The notes under the pieces were generated by a model, which saw only the letters and a list, made by a program, of their open reading frames with translations, was not told where the DNA came from and made no database searches. A program made the position numbers and the translations under genes. DNA of 64,000 bases from Auanema rhodensis (Eukaryota > Animalia > Nematoda): the NCBI GenBank assembly GCA_964057225.1, contig OZ059899.1, positions 9,052,001-9,116,000 on the forward strand. The letters are read 5' to 3'. Below are positions 43,986-55,090 of the stretch, one piece after another; the stretch's first letter is position 1; each line of letters starts with the position of its first letter.

Positions 43986-45582
43986 CTTTTAAAACCAAAA
44001 TAAGCAATTCCGCATGAAACTATTGTTTTCAATTGTTTGTGTGAAATCGTTGCCAATAAAGTTTTAGCCTTTTCGGGTGTGCGTAAGTAGAGAGCCGTGC
44101 AAAATTTACTAACCACGCCCCCAAACAGCTGTCAAAAACATACTTTTGGGGGCGTCAGCTGCTAAAAACATACTTTGGGGCGCGTCAGCTGTCAAAAACA
44201 TATTTTTGAGCGTCAGCTGTTAAAATCATATTTTGGGATCATGGTTCATGGATTCTCCTTTTTTAAATTTAAAAATCATGATTTAAAGCATGATTTTTTT
44301 TTTTTAAATCAAATTTAAATATGCTTTTTCAAATGTATGTATATATTTTCAATTATTTTTAAATATATTAAGTAAAAATAAAAATCTTAATTTTAAATAT
44401 TTAAATTATATTTAAATTTTATATATATATAAATTTTATTTAAACTTTAAATATTTAAATTATATTTAAATTTTATATATATAAATTATATTTAAACTTT
44501 AAATTTTATATATAAATTATATTTAAATTTTAAATATATAAATTTGTTTTTAAATTTTATTTATTTCTTTATTTCTTTATTATATTTATTAATAATGTTT
44601 GTTTACTTATTTTGTTTATTTTTTATTGTATTGTGTTTGTACTATTTTATTTGTATTTTTAAAGATCAATAAAATTTTTGCATGTAGATAATTTTGTTCA
44701 CCGTACTTGTTATGGGTAATTCAATGGAACACATATCGAAAGTTAATTCGATAAGAACGACATTAAATTATTAATTTTTGAAATTGCGAATTGTTATTAA
44801 TTATATTTATTCTAACAAGTAAAGGTTTCAAATTATAATAAAAGATTAGTTTTAAACTTTATTTTACTAATATAATAATACAATAACTCTATAGAGCACA
44901 CATTGAAGGTAAATACAATAAGATTAACAAACAGTTGCGCTGACCTCAATGAAACGCATATCGATGGTTAATAAACAGTAATAACTGCACTGTGGGGGTT
45001 TAAATATAGTATAATCATTTTAACATTTCAAAAGTTTTAGTTTCGTAATATAATCATTTTTAAATATTCAAGAATGAAATATTTTTACATATAAAACGTT
45101 GGCAGTCATATGTTTTGTGCTACAATATGGGTGTAAAAGTATACTATGAATAATATATGAGCTATTAAGCAAAGTTTAAAAAGCCTAAATGTTTTACAGA
45201 GATGGCTGTTGTTTATGGCACAAACGGTAAACAATAATGTTTAAAGAGATGTAAAAACTAATTAATATGCAGATTGTTTACAGGTTCAGAGTGCGCCAAC
45301 TGTTGGCAACTGTCGATGAGATGAGTATATCTGCGTAAATATGCTGTAAAATCTAATTAATAAAAGAATTTCATCAGCAAACTTGATTGTAACACAATGG
45401 GTTGTACTTTACAAAAATCTTTGTATAAAAGGTTGGCAATTTTGCTACATTTACATTTCAGCTCTGCCGACTATCCGAGGATCCGACGTTTCACCATCTC
45501 CTGCCACTCTTTGCCAATCGCCATAGACTGCTCCTCTCTGCAAGTTTGCCTTATATTTTAGAAAGTTGGATCTTTAGCGGAA

Positions 45583-46170
45583 ATGAAGCGTGCTGTACTT
45601 GCTGATGTGACAAATGTTGTGCGCAAATCGCCTGAACCTGAAGTACCACGACCACCCACACCAGCACCAAATTTCACAAGTTTTGGTATGAACCTTAACT
45701 TGTCTTTTTTAAATCTTTAATTTAGATTCACCAATAAAGCAGATGGAGATTCTGAGAGAGAGGACTCCACCAAAGAGTGTATTAATGAGACCAATTTGTC
45801 TCTGCAAAACTTGTAGGGAATCATTGCAGGTTATAGACGAGTATCACTGTTTCAGCCTCTGTATAAAGTGTAGAGGAAGGAATGATGCGTTGGGTCTTTT
45901 GAAGGAATTTCGTCACTATAAGCCCGAAAAGTTCTCTATTAATGTAAGCTTGCATATTTATTTATTTTCAATTTTATCATTTTTTTTTAGATGCGCTCTT
46001 ATAACACCATGACGTGCAAGCAATTGTTGAACAATATGGGCTATATTGTTATATATGCAGATGAGGCTACTGTAAAGACTTTTGGTTATAAGCAGAATGT
46101 ATTCTACTTTAAACTAAGTCCTAAAGCACTCAACCTGAACATGTTTATCCGCTTTGATCCTTCATTTTGA
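45583..46170 (+). CDS. D-box accessory protein (3 exons, apparently intact)
   Basis: Same structure as 34929-35514. Confidence 0.78.
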
Positions 46171-46462
46171 CTACAACAAGCACAAATAGTACAATTGGCG
46201 TTTTATTCTTGTTTTGTTATGTGGCATTTTTATATTCTCAGCCGTAACATTTTTTTTCCAGCTCTTGCGAATATCCATCAATGACTCATCAATTGAGGAC
46301 GAATGATCAACCAACTGGTAAGAATTTGAAAATTTGAATAGTCTACATTTTTTTTTCCAGGTTGAATTGTTGTTTGTATTTTGCTGGTTTTTTATTGTTA
46401 CATTATGCGATATATCAAATAAATCATTTATTATAATTACAATTGTTTATAACATTGAAAAA

Positions 46463-47530
46463 TTATACATTTAAATTTTCTGCATCTATCCATTCATTAA
46501 AGTTGTCGGGATATCCACTCCATTTTACAAATACTTGACGTTTACCGCTTCGAGTACGCTCTTTTAAAACTTTTTCTATATAGTACTTGTTGCTTTTATT
46601 AGTAGCCAAGACAAGTTCAGGTTCGTAGAATATTCCCTTTATACGTTCACCATTATAATCTACAAGTTTATACACGGTTGGGTTTCCGGTTACAACCTCA
46701 TCAATTGTGAACAGCTCCATTGTATATCCAGACTCGTAGCTTTTTTCAAAAGTACGCCAATTTTTGCTTATGCGAACAGTATCACCAATTTTAAAGCGGC
46801 TTTTAACAGCTGTTGCATATTCTTCAATGAATATATTTGCTTTAACATCAATGGGCCGCATTTTTATAGAGCGGTTATAAGATTTGTTTATTCCTTCAAC
46901 CAAATCATCTAGTATATCAATCCATCGATGATTATTCTTGTAATAGAGATATTTCATCATGCGCGTTTTTAAAGTTCTATTTGCTCGCTCCACCATTGCC
47001 GCCTTTTGTGGTGAACTTGTTGATCCATGCAGTATGGCAAATTTTTTGAATAGTTTTTCACAATGACTATTATAAAACTCTGCACCGTTATCCGTTATTA
47101 GTTGGATTGGTATAAAATCCTTGAATACATTTTCAAATGCAGTAGCAACCTCTAAACCACCTTTAGTTTTCAAAGGCATAACATATAACATGCGTGTATA
47201 AACATCAATCATGGTCAACATGTAAGCATAGCCGTCATTTGATTTTTTATATTTTTGCATATCAACCAAATCTGCTTGCATTGTTAGGAATCGACCACAG
47301 CCTCTAGTCTTTTTAGTCTGCATATGCAGTCTGGTTGGTTTATGACGTGTAAAAGTTTCAGAGTCTTGCAAAAAACTTTCAACTTGTGCTTTTGCGATGC
47401 CATGCTTTCGCGCTTCCAATAATAGATTTTTGGCAGACGTATAAGAAGCTGGATGCTTAATATTATAATAAATGTTCTCCAAAACATTACTTCCATAATC
47501 TAATGTAGAATCGTTTACGGCCTTTGCCAT
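46463..47530 (-). CDS. Chromodomain integrase
   Basis: Translation identical to the 42224 copy. Confidence 0.9.
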   Translation of the reverse strand: MAKAVNDSTLDYGSNVLENIYYNIKHPASYTSAKNLLLEARKHGIAKAQVESFLQDSETFTRHKPTRLHMQTKKTRGCGRFLTMQADLVDMQKYKKSNDGYAYMLTMIDVYTRMLYVMPLKTKGGLEVATAFENVFKDFIPIQLITDNGAEFYNSHCEKLFKKFAILHGSTSSPQKAAMVERANRTLKTRMMKYLYYKNNHRWIDILDDLVEGINKSYNRSIKMRPIDVKANIFIEEYATAVKSRFKIGDTVRISKNWRTFEKSYESGYTMELFTIDEVVTGNPTVYKLVDYNGERIKGIFYEPELVLATNKSNKYYIEKVLKERTRSGKRQVFVKWSGYPDNFNEWIDAENLNV

Positions 47531-48224
47531 TCTGTGTTTCTCCCGCCTGAGGTGTGTAATAAGATTCACCAGTGTCAGCGGGTTTTGCCTTTTTATTTAT
47601 TGCTTTGGATTTGAATGTACGACGCGGAGAGGGTGAATATCGAATAACAGCCTTACGATGACGTGGTGTTCTAGGTAATATATTAATAGTAGCATCCAAG
47701 TCTGTGACAGCCAATGTGGATGTAGGCACGGGATCAACTGAATCCTTGTTACTGACGGCAGGCTCTTCATTTTTTGCCTTCTTGTTAGGGCTAGAGACCC
47801 CATTACTGGCTAAAAATTTGGCTAATACTGAGAATCCATTGGGTTCCGTCTTTGTTTTATCCAGTACAAAATCCAAAATTTTTGTAATATTTGTGTTTGG
47901 TACGGGCTCATTATTAATCACAAGTTGGTTATTTTTGTTTGTACGCACCTCTGGAAATCTTTCCCACAGATCGTTATACTTTCGTGGCAGCTTGTATTCT
48001 GGCAATAATGGTGGATCAGCATTTTCCACTTGTACTGATATAGGCGCATCTATGCTTTCTCTATAGTTTTTGAGACGGGTAATCAAGTCTTCGTATAGTT
48101 CAGCCTTTTTATGATCGGGTATAGATTTATTCTCTCGTAAGAGCTTCAATTCAGCATCAAACTTGTCTATATTCAGCGTTTCATCATCAACAGGGATTAG
48201 ACGATATTTATGATTGAGTTTCAT
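47487..48224 (-). CDS. 245-aa basic protein
   Basis: Identical to the 43248 copy. Confidence 0.75.
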   Translation of the reverse strand: MKLNHKYRLIPVDDETLNIDKFDAELKLLRENKSIPDHKKAELYEDLITRLKNYRESIDAPISVQVENADPPLLPEYKLPRKYNDLWERFPEVRTNKNNQLVINNEPVPNTNITKILDFVLDKTKTEPNGFSVLAKFLASNGVSSPNKKAKNEEPAVSNKDSVDPVPTSTLAVTDLDATINILPRTPRHRKAVIRYSPSPRRTFKSKAINKKAKPADTGESYYTPQAGETQNGKGRKRFYIRLWK

Positions 48225-49821
48225 CTTTTAAAACCAAAATAAGCAATTCCGCATGAAACTATTGTTTTCAATTGTTTGTGTGAAATCGTTGCCAATAAAG
48301 TTTTAGCCTTTTCGGGTGTGCGTAAGTAGAGAGCCGTGCAAAATTTACTAACCACGCCCCCAAACAGCTGTCAAAAACATACTTTTGGGGGCGTCAGCTG
48401 CTAAAAACATACTTTGGGGCGCGTCAGCTGTCAAAAACATATTTTTGAGCGTCAGCTGTTAAAATCATATTTTGGGATCATGGTTCATGGATTCTCCTTT
48501 TTTAAATTTAAAAATCATGATTTAAAGCATGATTTTTTTTTTTTAAATCAAATTTAAATATGCTTTTTCAAATGTATGTATATATTTTCAATTATTTTTA
48601 AATATATTAAGTAAAAATAAAAATCTTAATTTTAAATATTTAAATTATATTTAAATTTTATATATATATAAATTTTATTTAAACTTTAAATATTTAAATT
48701 ATATTTAAATTTTATATATATAAATTATATTTAAACTTTAAATTTTATATATAAATTATATTTAAATTTTAAATATATAAATTTGTTTTTAAATTTTATT
48801 TATTTCTTTATTTCTTTATTATATTTATTAATAATGTTTGTTTACTTATTTTGTTTATTTTTTATTGTATTGTGTTTGTACTATTTTATTTGTATTTTTA
48901 AAGATCAATAAAATTTTTGCATGTAGATAATTTTGTTCACCGTACTTGTTATGGGTAATTCAATGGAACACATATCGAAAGTTAATTCGATAAGAACGAC
49001 ATTAAATTATTAATTTTTGAAATTGCGAATTGTTATTAATTATATTTATTCTAACAAGTAAAGGTTTCAAATTATAATAAAAGATTAGTTTTAAACTTTA
49101 TTTTACTAATATAACAATACAATAACTCTATAGAGCACACATTGAAGGTAAATACAATAAGATTAACAAACAGTTGCGCTGACCTCAATGAAACGCATAT
49201 CGATGGTTAATAAACAGTAATAACTGCACTGTGGGGGTTTAAATATAGTATAATCATTTTAACATTTCAAAAGTTTTAGTTTCGTAATATAATCATTTTT
49301 AAATATTCAAGAATGAAATATTTTTACATATAAAACGTTGGCAGTCATATGTTTTGTGCTACAATATGGGTGTAAAAGTATACTATGAATAATATATGAG
49401 CTATTAAGCAAAGTTTAAAAAGCCTAAATGTTTTACAGAGATGGCTGTTGTTTATGGCACAAACGGTAAACAATAATGTTTAAAGAGATGTAAAAACTAA
49501 TTAATATGCAGATTGTTTACAGGTTCAGAGTGCGCCAACTGTTGGCAACTGTCGATGAGATGAGTATATCTGCGTAAATATGCTGTAAAATCTAATTAAT
49601 AAAAGAATTTCATCAGCAAACTTGATGGTAACACAATGGGTTGTACTTTACAAAAATCTTTGTATAAAAGGTTGGCAATTTTGCTACATTTACATTTCAG
49701 CTCTGCCGACTATCCGAGGATCCGACGTTTCACCATCTCCTGCCACTCTTTGCCAATCGCCATAGACTACTCCTCTCTGCAAGTTTGCCTTATATTTTAG
49801 AAAGTTGGATCTTTAGCGGAA

Positions 49822-50409
49822 ATGAAGCGTGCTGTACTTGCTGATGTGACAAATGTTGTGCGCAAATCGCCTGAACCTGAAGTACCACGACCACCCACAC
49901 CAGCACCAAATTTCACAAGTTTTGGTATGAACCTTAACTTGTCTTTTTTAAATCTTTAATTTAGATTCACCAATAAAGCAGATGGAGATTCTGAGAGAGA
50001 GCACTCCACCAAGGAGTGTATTAATGAGACCAATTTGTCTCTGCAAAACTTGTAGGGAATCATTGCAGGTTATAGACGAGTATCACTGTTTCAGCCTCTG
50101 TATAAAGTGTAGAGGAAGGAATGATGCGTTGGGTCTTTTGAAGGAATTTCGTCACTATATGCCCGAAAAGTTCTCTATTAATGTAAGCTTGCATATTTAT
50201 TTATTTTCAATTTTATCATTTTTTTTTAGATGCGCTCTTATAACACCATGACGTGCAAGCAATTGTTGAACAATATTGGCTATATTGTTATATATGCAGA
50301 TGAGGCTACTGTAAAGACTTTTGGTTATAAGCAGAATGTATTCTACTTTAAACTAAGTCCTGAAGCACTCAACCTGAACATGTTTATCCGCTTTGATCCT
50401 TCATTTTGA
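49822..50409 (+). CDS. D-box accessory protein (3 exons, apparently intact)
   Basis: Same structure as 34929-35514. Confidence 0.78.
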
Positions 50410-50702
50410 CTACAACAAGCACAAATAGTACAATTGGCGTTTTATTCTTGTTTTGTTATGTGGCATTTTTATATTCTCAGCCGTAACATTTTTTTTTCCA
50501 GCTCTTGCGAATATCCATCAATGACTCATCAATTGAGGACGAATGATCAACCAACTGGTAAGAATTTGAAAATTTGAATAGTCTACATTTTTTTTTCCAG
50601 GTTGAATTGTTGTTTGTATTTTGCTGGTTTTTTATTGTTACATTATGCGATATATCAAATAAATCATTTATTATAATTACAATTGTTTATAACATTGAAA
50701 AA

Positions 50703-51770
50703 TTATACATTTAAATTTTCTGCATCTATCCATTCATTAAAGTTGTCGGGATATCCACTCCATTTTACAAATACTTGACGTTTACCGCTTCGAGTACGCT
50801 CTTTTAAAACTTTTTCTATATAGTACTTGTTGCTTTTATTAGTAGCCAAGACAAGTTCAGGTTCGTAGAATATTCCCTTTATACGTTCACCATTATAATC
50901 TACAAGTTTATACACGGTTGGGTTTCCGGTTACAACCTCATCAATTGTGAACAGCTCCATTGTATATCCAGACTCGTAGCTTTTTTCAAAAGTACGCCAA
51001 TTTTTGCTTATGCGAACAGTATCACCAATTTTAAAGCGGCTTTTAACAGCTGTTGCATATTCTTCAATGAATATATTTGCTTTAACATCAATGGGCCGCA
51101 TTTTTATAGAGCGGTTATAAGATTTGTTTATTCCTTCAACCAAATCATCTAGGATATCAATCCAACGATGATTATTCTTGTAATAGAGATATTTCATCAT
51201 GCGTGTTTTTAAAGTTCTATTTGCTCGCTCCACCATTGCAGCCTTTTGTGGTGAACTTGTAGATCCGTGCAGTATGGCAAACTTTTTGAATAGTTTTTCA
51301 CAATGACTATTATAAAACTCTGTGCCATTATCAGTAATCAACTGAATTGGTATAAAATTCTTGAATAAATTTTCAAATGCACTAGCAACCTCTATACCAC
51401 CTTTAGTTTTCAAAGGCCTAACATATAACATGCGTGTATAAACATCAATCATGGTCAACATGTAAGCATAGCCGTCATTTGATTTTTTATATTTTTGCAT
51501 ATCAACCAAATCTGCTTGCATTGTTAGGAATCGACCACAGCCTCTAGTCTTTTTAGTCTGCATATGCAGTCTGGTTGGTTTATGACGTGTAAAAGTTTCA
51601 GAGTCTTGCAAAAAACTTTCAACTTGTGCTTTTGCGATGCCATGCTTTCGCGCTTCCAATAATAGATTTTTGGCAGACGTATAAGAAGCTGGATGCTTAA
51701 TATTATAATAAATGTTCTCCAAAACATTACTTCCATAATCTAATGTAGAATCGTTTACGGCCTTTGCCAT
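50703..51770 (-). CDS. Chromodomain integrase (mosaic)
   Basis: DDE and chromo motifs. Confidence 0.9.
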   Translation of the reverse strand: MAKAVNDSTLDYGSNVLENIYYNIKHPASYTSAKNLLLEARKHGIAKAQVESFLQDSETFTRHKPTRLHMQTKKTRGCGRFLTMQADLVDMQKYKKSNDGYAYMLTMIDVYTRMLYVRPLKTKGGIEVASAFENLFKNFIPIQLITDNGTEFYNSHCEKLFKKFAILHGSTSSPQKAAMVERANRTLKTRMMKYLYYKNNHRWIDILDDLVEGINKSYNRSIKMRPIDVKANIFIEEYATAVKSRFKIGDTVRISKNWRTFEKSYESGYTMELFTIDEVVTGNPTVYKLVDYNGERIKGIFYEPELVLATNKSNKYYIEKVLKERTRSGKRQVFVKWSGYPDNFNEWIDAENLNV

Positions 51771-52464
51771 TCTGTGTTTCTCCCGCCTGAGGTGTGTAAT
51801 AAGATTCACCAGTGTCAGCGGGTTTTGCCTTTTTATTTATTGCTTTGGATTTGAATGTACGACGCGGAGAGGGTGAATATCGAATAACAGCCTTACGATG
51901 ACGTGGTGTTCTAGGTAATATATTAATAGTAGCATCCAAGTCTGTGACAGCCAATGTGGATGTAGGCACGGGATCAACTGAATCCTTGTTACTGACGGCA
52001 GGCTCTTCATTTTTTGCCTTCTTGTTAGAACTAGATACGCCTTTACTGGCTAAAAACTTTGACAAGACTGAAAATCCATTGGGCTCCGTTTTTGTTTTAT
52101 CCAATACAAAATCTAAAATTTTTGTAATATTCGTGTTTGGTACAGCCTCATTATTAATCACAAGTTGGTTATTCTTGTTTGTGCGCACCTCTGGAAATTT
52201 CTCCCACAAATTGTTATACTTTCTTGGCAACTTGTATTCTGGCAATAGAGGTGGATCAGCATTTTCCACTTGTACTGATATGGGCGCATCTATACTTTCT
52301 CTATAGTTTTTGAGACGAGCAATCAAGTCTTCGTATAGTTCAGCCTTTTTATAATCGGGTATAGCTCTATTTTCTCGTAAAAGCTTCAATTCAGCATCAA
52401 ACTTGTCTATATTAATTGTTTCCTCGTCGACAGGAATTAGTCGATATTTATGATTGAGCTTCAT
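51727..52464 (-). CDS. 245-aa basic protein (A N-terminus, B C-terminus)
   Basis: Mosaic translation. Confidence 0.75.
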   Translation of the reverse strand: MKLNHKYRLIPVDEETINIDKFDAELKLLRENRAIPDYKKAELYEDLIARLKNYRESIDAPISVQVENADPPLLPEYKLPRKYNNLWEKFPEVRTNKNNQLVINNEAVPNTNITKILDFVLDKTKTEPNGFSVLSKFLASKGVSSSNKKAKNEEPAVSNKDSVDPVPTSTLAVTDLDATINILPRTPRHRKAVIRYSPSPRRTFKSKAINKKAKPADTGESYYTPQAGETQNGKGRKRFYIRLWK

Positions 52465-52769
52465 GATTTAAAACCAAAATAGGCAATACTACATGTAACT
52501 ATTGTTTTCAATTGTTTGTGTGAAAGCGTTGCCAATAATGATTTAGCCTTTTCCGGTGTGCGTATCAAAGCTATTTGACGTAATAATGAAGATATGGGCA
52601 AGAGGGTTTTATATTCCTTGTTAGTTAAAAGAAAATTATTATTTTTCACAATATTAAATACAATTTCAACAATAATTTCAATTTGTGCAAAAGAAAATGA
52701 GGAAACAGAACAAGGAGTTTTGGCGCAAGAAGACAAAAAGTTGAAATTTGACAAAATACGACCACTCAT
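52461..52769 (-). CDS. 102-aa Maverick protein
   Basis: Near-identical to 32588-32896. Confidence 0.7.
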   Translation of the reverse strand: MSGRILSNFNFLSSCAKTPCSVSSFSFAQIEIIVEIVFNIVKNNNFLLTNKEYKTLLPISSLLRQIALIRTPEKAKSLLATLSHKQLKTIVTCSIAYFGFKS

Positions 52770-52781
52770 TGAACAAGCACT

Positions 52782-53430
52782 TTAAACACTAAACACATTT
52801 CTGGCAACATAAACAATAGGGTTCTCCGCTGTTATATCAGATAGTATACGCTGCTTCTCACTTGTTAAAGGATGATTGTCAATCAGTAAATGACTATAGG
52901 GAGTAGACATTGCATCATCATACGCCTCTAGAGCATTTTTGAAACGTGGCCCAAATAATTGCTGCAGACAATTACGTATTTGTAATATATCTGAATGACT
53001 TTTCATCAGTATTATATATGTACTATTGATTCGACTGGTCCTGTCCAGTTGAAATGCCGCTTGCACAAGATTAAACACTGCCAAATTCCAGTGATGAGCC
53101 CATACTGAAAAATGTTGTTGAGTAATTCCTTTGCTGCTTTATTCGATAAAAAAAAGTTCATCAAATCATCCAGCACTAGTATAGTATTTACTCCCTTTTG
53201 TTCTTTTATCAAATCAGGATCAGGAGGCCCTTGAATAATTATTAAACGCTCATCATTTATTGGTACACCTGACGATGACCCACATTGACTGAACCAGAAT
53301 ATTCTATCAATGGGGACGTTGAGAAAAACTTTTCAGTATTTTCACATATGTGCTTTATGAGGGTTGTTTTACCGCATTGGGTAGCACCTATTACAGTTGT
53401 CTGACTGGGTAGTTTGAAGCTGAAAACCAT
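52782..53430 (-). pseudogene. Frameshifted packaging ATPase
   Basis: Split into three ORFs relative to 31928-32575. Confidence 0.85.
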
Positions 53431-53509
53431 AATCAACCACTCGTAAATGTACCTAAAATGCAAATGATTTCATTTGCAATAGTGTACACGTATCAAGTGG
53501 TGGTTTGTC

Positions 53510-54367
53510 ATGGATGATTTTTACATTACTCTTCCATCATCAGTTGACTCTGAAAAAAGTAATACATCATCAGTGTTTCTTACCAGATTACCTGAAACAC
53601 TAAGGCTACGCAATAATAGATATTGCATTGGGCTGACAGACATCATTTTTCCTTGTTCTATATTAAATGTTCAAAAAGATTTATCTTATACACTACGTTT
53701 TTCCAATAGAAAATTTATTCTACACTTGCCTAAAGGCAACTATGCAAATGGTGATGAAATAATACGCGGAATCAATGCTGGAAGAGAATCATTTATCGCC
53801 AACAATACAAAGCCTCTTGGAGCTGAGGAAGAAGCACGTATAAAATGTTTAATAGATAAAGATGAAGATGTAAAAAAATGGTATAATAATCGCCAGGCTG
53901 AGGCTAAGCTAGTGGAGGAAATGCTCGCAGACGCCACATTTCAGTTTAACAAAACATTGCAGCGCATAGAGTTTGTAACAAGCAAGCGACTATTAATGAA
54001 TGCAACGCTTGGTGATGATTTTGCATATTTTCTTGGTTTTGAAAATAAAAACATCAACGATACAATAATAGCCAGGCGTCCCAATGATTTTTCAAATAAC
54101 ATTAATACAATGTATATATATTGTGATATTGTAGAATATTCCATTCTTGGTAATGTGAAAGCTAATTTACTTGCATGTTTGCCTGTACCACCTCCTACTG
54201 AATTTGGTAAAATGATTGCCAAAACATTTAATCCTATTCGTTATGTACCAATCACTAGACAAACACTCGATACCATACGTATTGAAATTTTAGATGAATT
54301 TTGTCGTCCTATGCATTTTAATAATGGTTCTACAGTTGTTACATTGCATGTTAAAAATATGAAATAA
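53510..54367 (+). CDS. Minor capsid protein
   Basis: Near-identical to 30991-31848. Confidence 0.85.
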   Translation: MDDFYITLPSSVDSEKSNTSSVFLTRLPETLRLRNNRYCIGLTDIIFPCSILNVQKDLSYTLRFSNRKFILHLPKGNYANGDEIIRGINAGRESFIANNTKPLGAEEEARIKCLIDKDEDVKKWYNNRQAEAKLVEEMLADATFQFNKTLQRIEFVTSKRLLMNATLGDDFAYFLGFENKNINDTIIARRPNDFSNNINTMYIYCDIVEYSILGNVKANLLACLPVPPPTEFGKMIAKTFNPIRYVPITRQTLDTIRIEILDEFCRPMHFNNGSTVVTLHVKNMK

Positions 54368-54372
54368 ACGTT

Positions 54373-54837
54373 TTATTCAACAGTTATACAATACCACATT
54401 TTTATTTTCGAAGGTTTAAAAGATAGTTTAGGGCAGTTTTGTTTGTCGCTCGGCTCGTGTTGTGAATGTTCTCCGTCACTATTGCTGCGGCATCTTTTTG
54501 ATTGGGTTGAATGTACAAACTCCTCAGCTTTTTCAAAGGGTTTGCTGGTATCATTTCCATCACCATCTTCACCATTCGTTCCATTATTATTATGAATACG
54601 CCGAATATGACGCTCACAATTGAATCTTGTTCCAAAAGTTTCACTACAATGAGGGCACAAACGTCTACGAACACCATCCAAATGTCCATATTTTTGAATA
54701 AAGTCAGCATTGCTGATATAATTGTTACATATGGGTTGAATCCCTGCATGCCTTTTCAAAACGTGATCACTAAAATGTTTGGTTGAAGAAAATATTTCCT
54801 TGCATGTACCACAATATTTGTTACATAAAAGTTCCAT
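54373..54837 (-). CDS. C2H2 zinc-finger protein
   Basis: Copy of 30521-30985. Confidence 0.72.
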   Translation of the reverse strand: MELLCNKYCGTCKEIFSSTKHFSDHVLKRHAGIQPICNNYISNADFIQKYGHLDGVRRRLCPHCSETFGTRFNCERHIRRIHNNNGTNGEDGDGNDTSKPFEKAEEFVHSTQSKRCRSNSDGEHSQHEPSDKQNCPKLSFKPSKIKMWYCITVE

Positions 54838-54878
54838 TAGAGGAAAATGAAAAACGACCACACGCAATCAACCCACTT

Positions 54879-55049
54879 TTATATAATGAGCAATAATATG
54901 ACTAGTGTTGTACAAAAGCCCAATCCCAATGCTATACCTTTAATAAATGGCACTGAAATACATTTCAACATTCTCCTGTATAAAGGCGCTGGTTTAGATT
55001 GCTCCAACGTGTATTTGACACATAATTCACAGTGACAAGGAATATTCAT
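54879..55049 (-). CDS. Small CxCxxC TM protein
   Basis: Copy of 30309-30479. Confidence 0.6.
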   Translation of the reverse strand: MNIPCHCELCVKYTLEQSKPAPLYRRMLKCISVPFIKGIALGLGFCTTLVILLLII

Positions 55050-55090
55050 AACTGACCACGTAATGTAGCAGGTTATTAATGACAAATTTC

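Larger units (their letters stand above)
39819..52563 (+). repeat. Head-to-tail ~4.24-kb repeat x3 (TIR, accessory gene, integrase, 245-aa gene, part of 102-aa gene)
   Basis: Period 4267 then 4239 bp; identical gtgtgcgta|AGTAGAG junctions. Confidence 0.9.
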
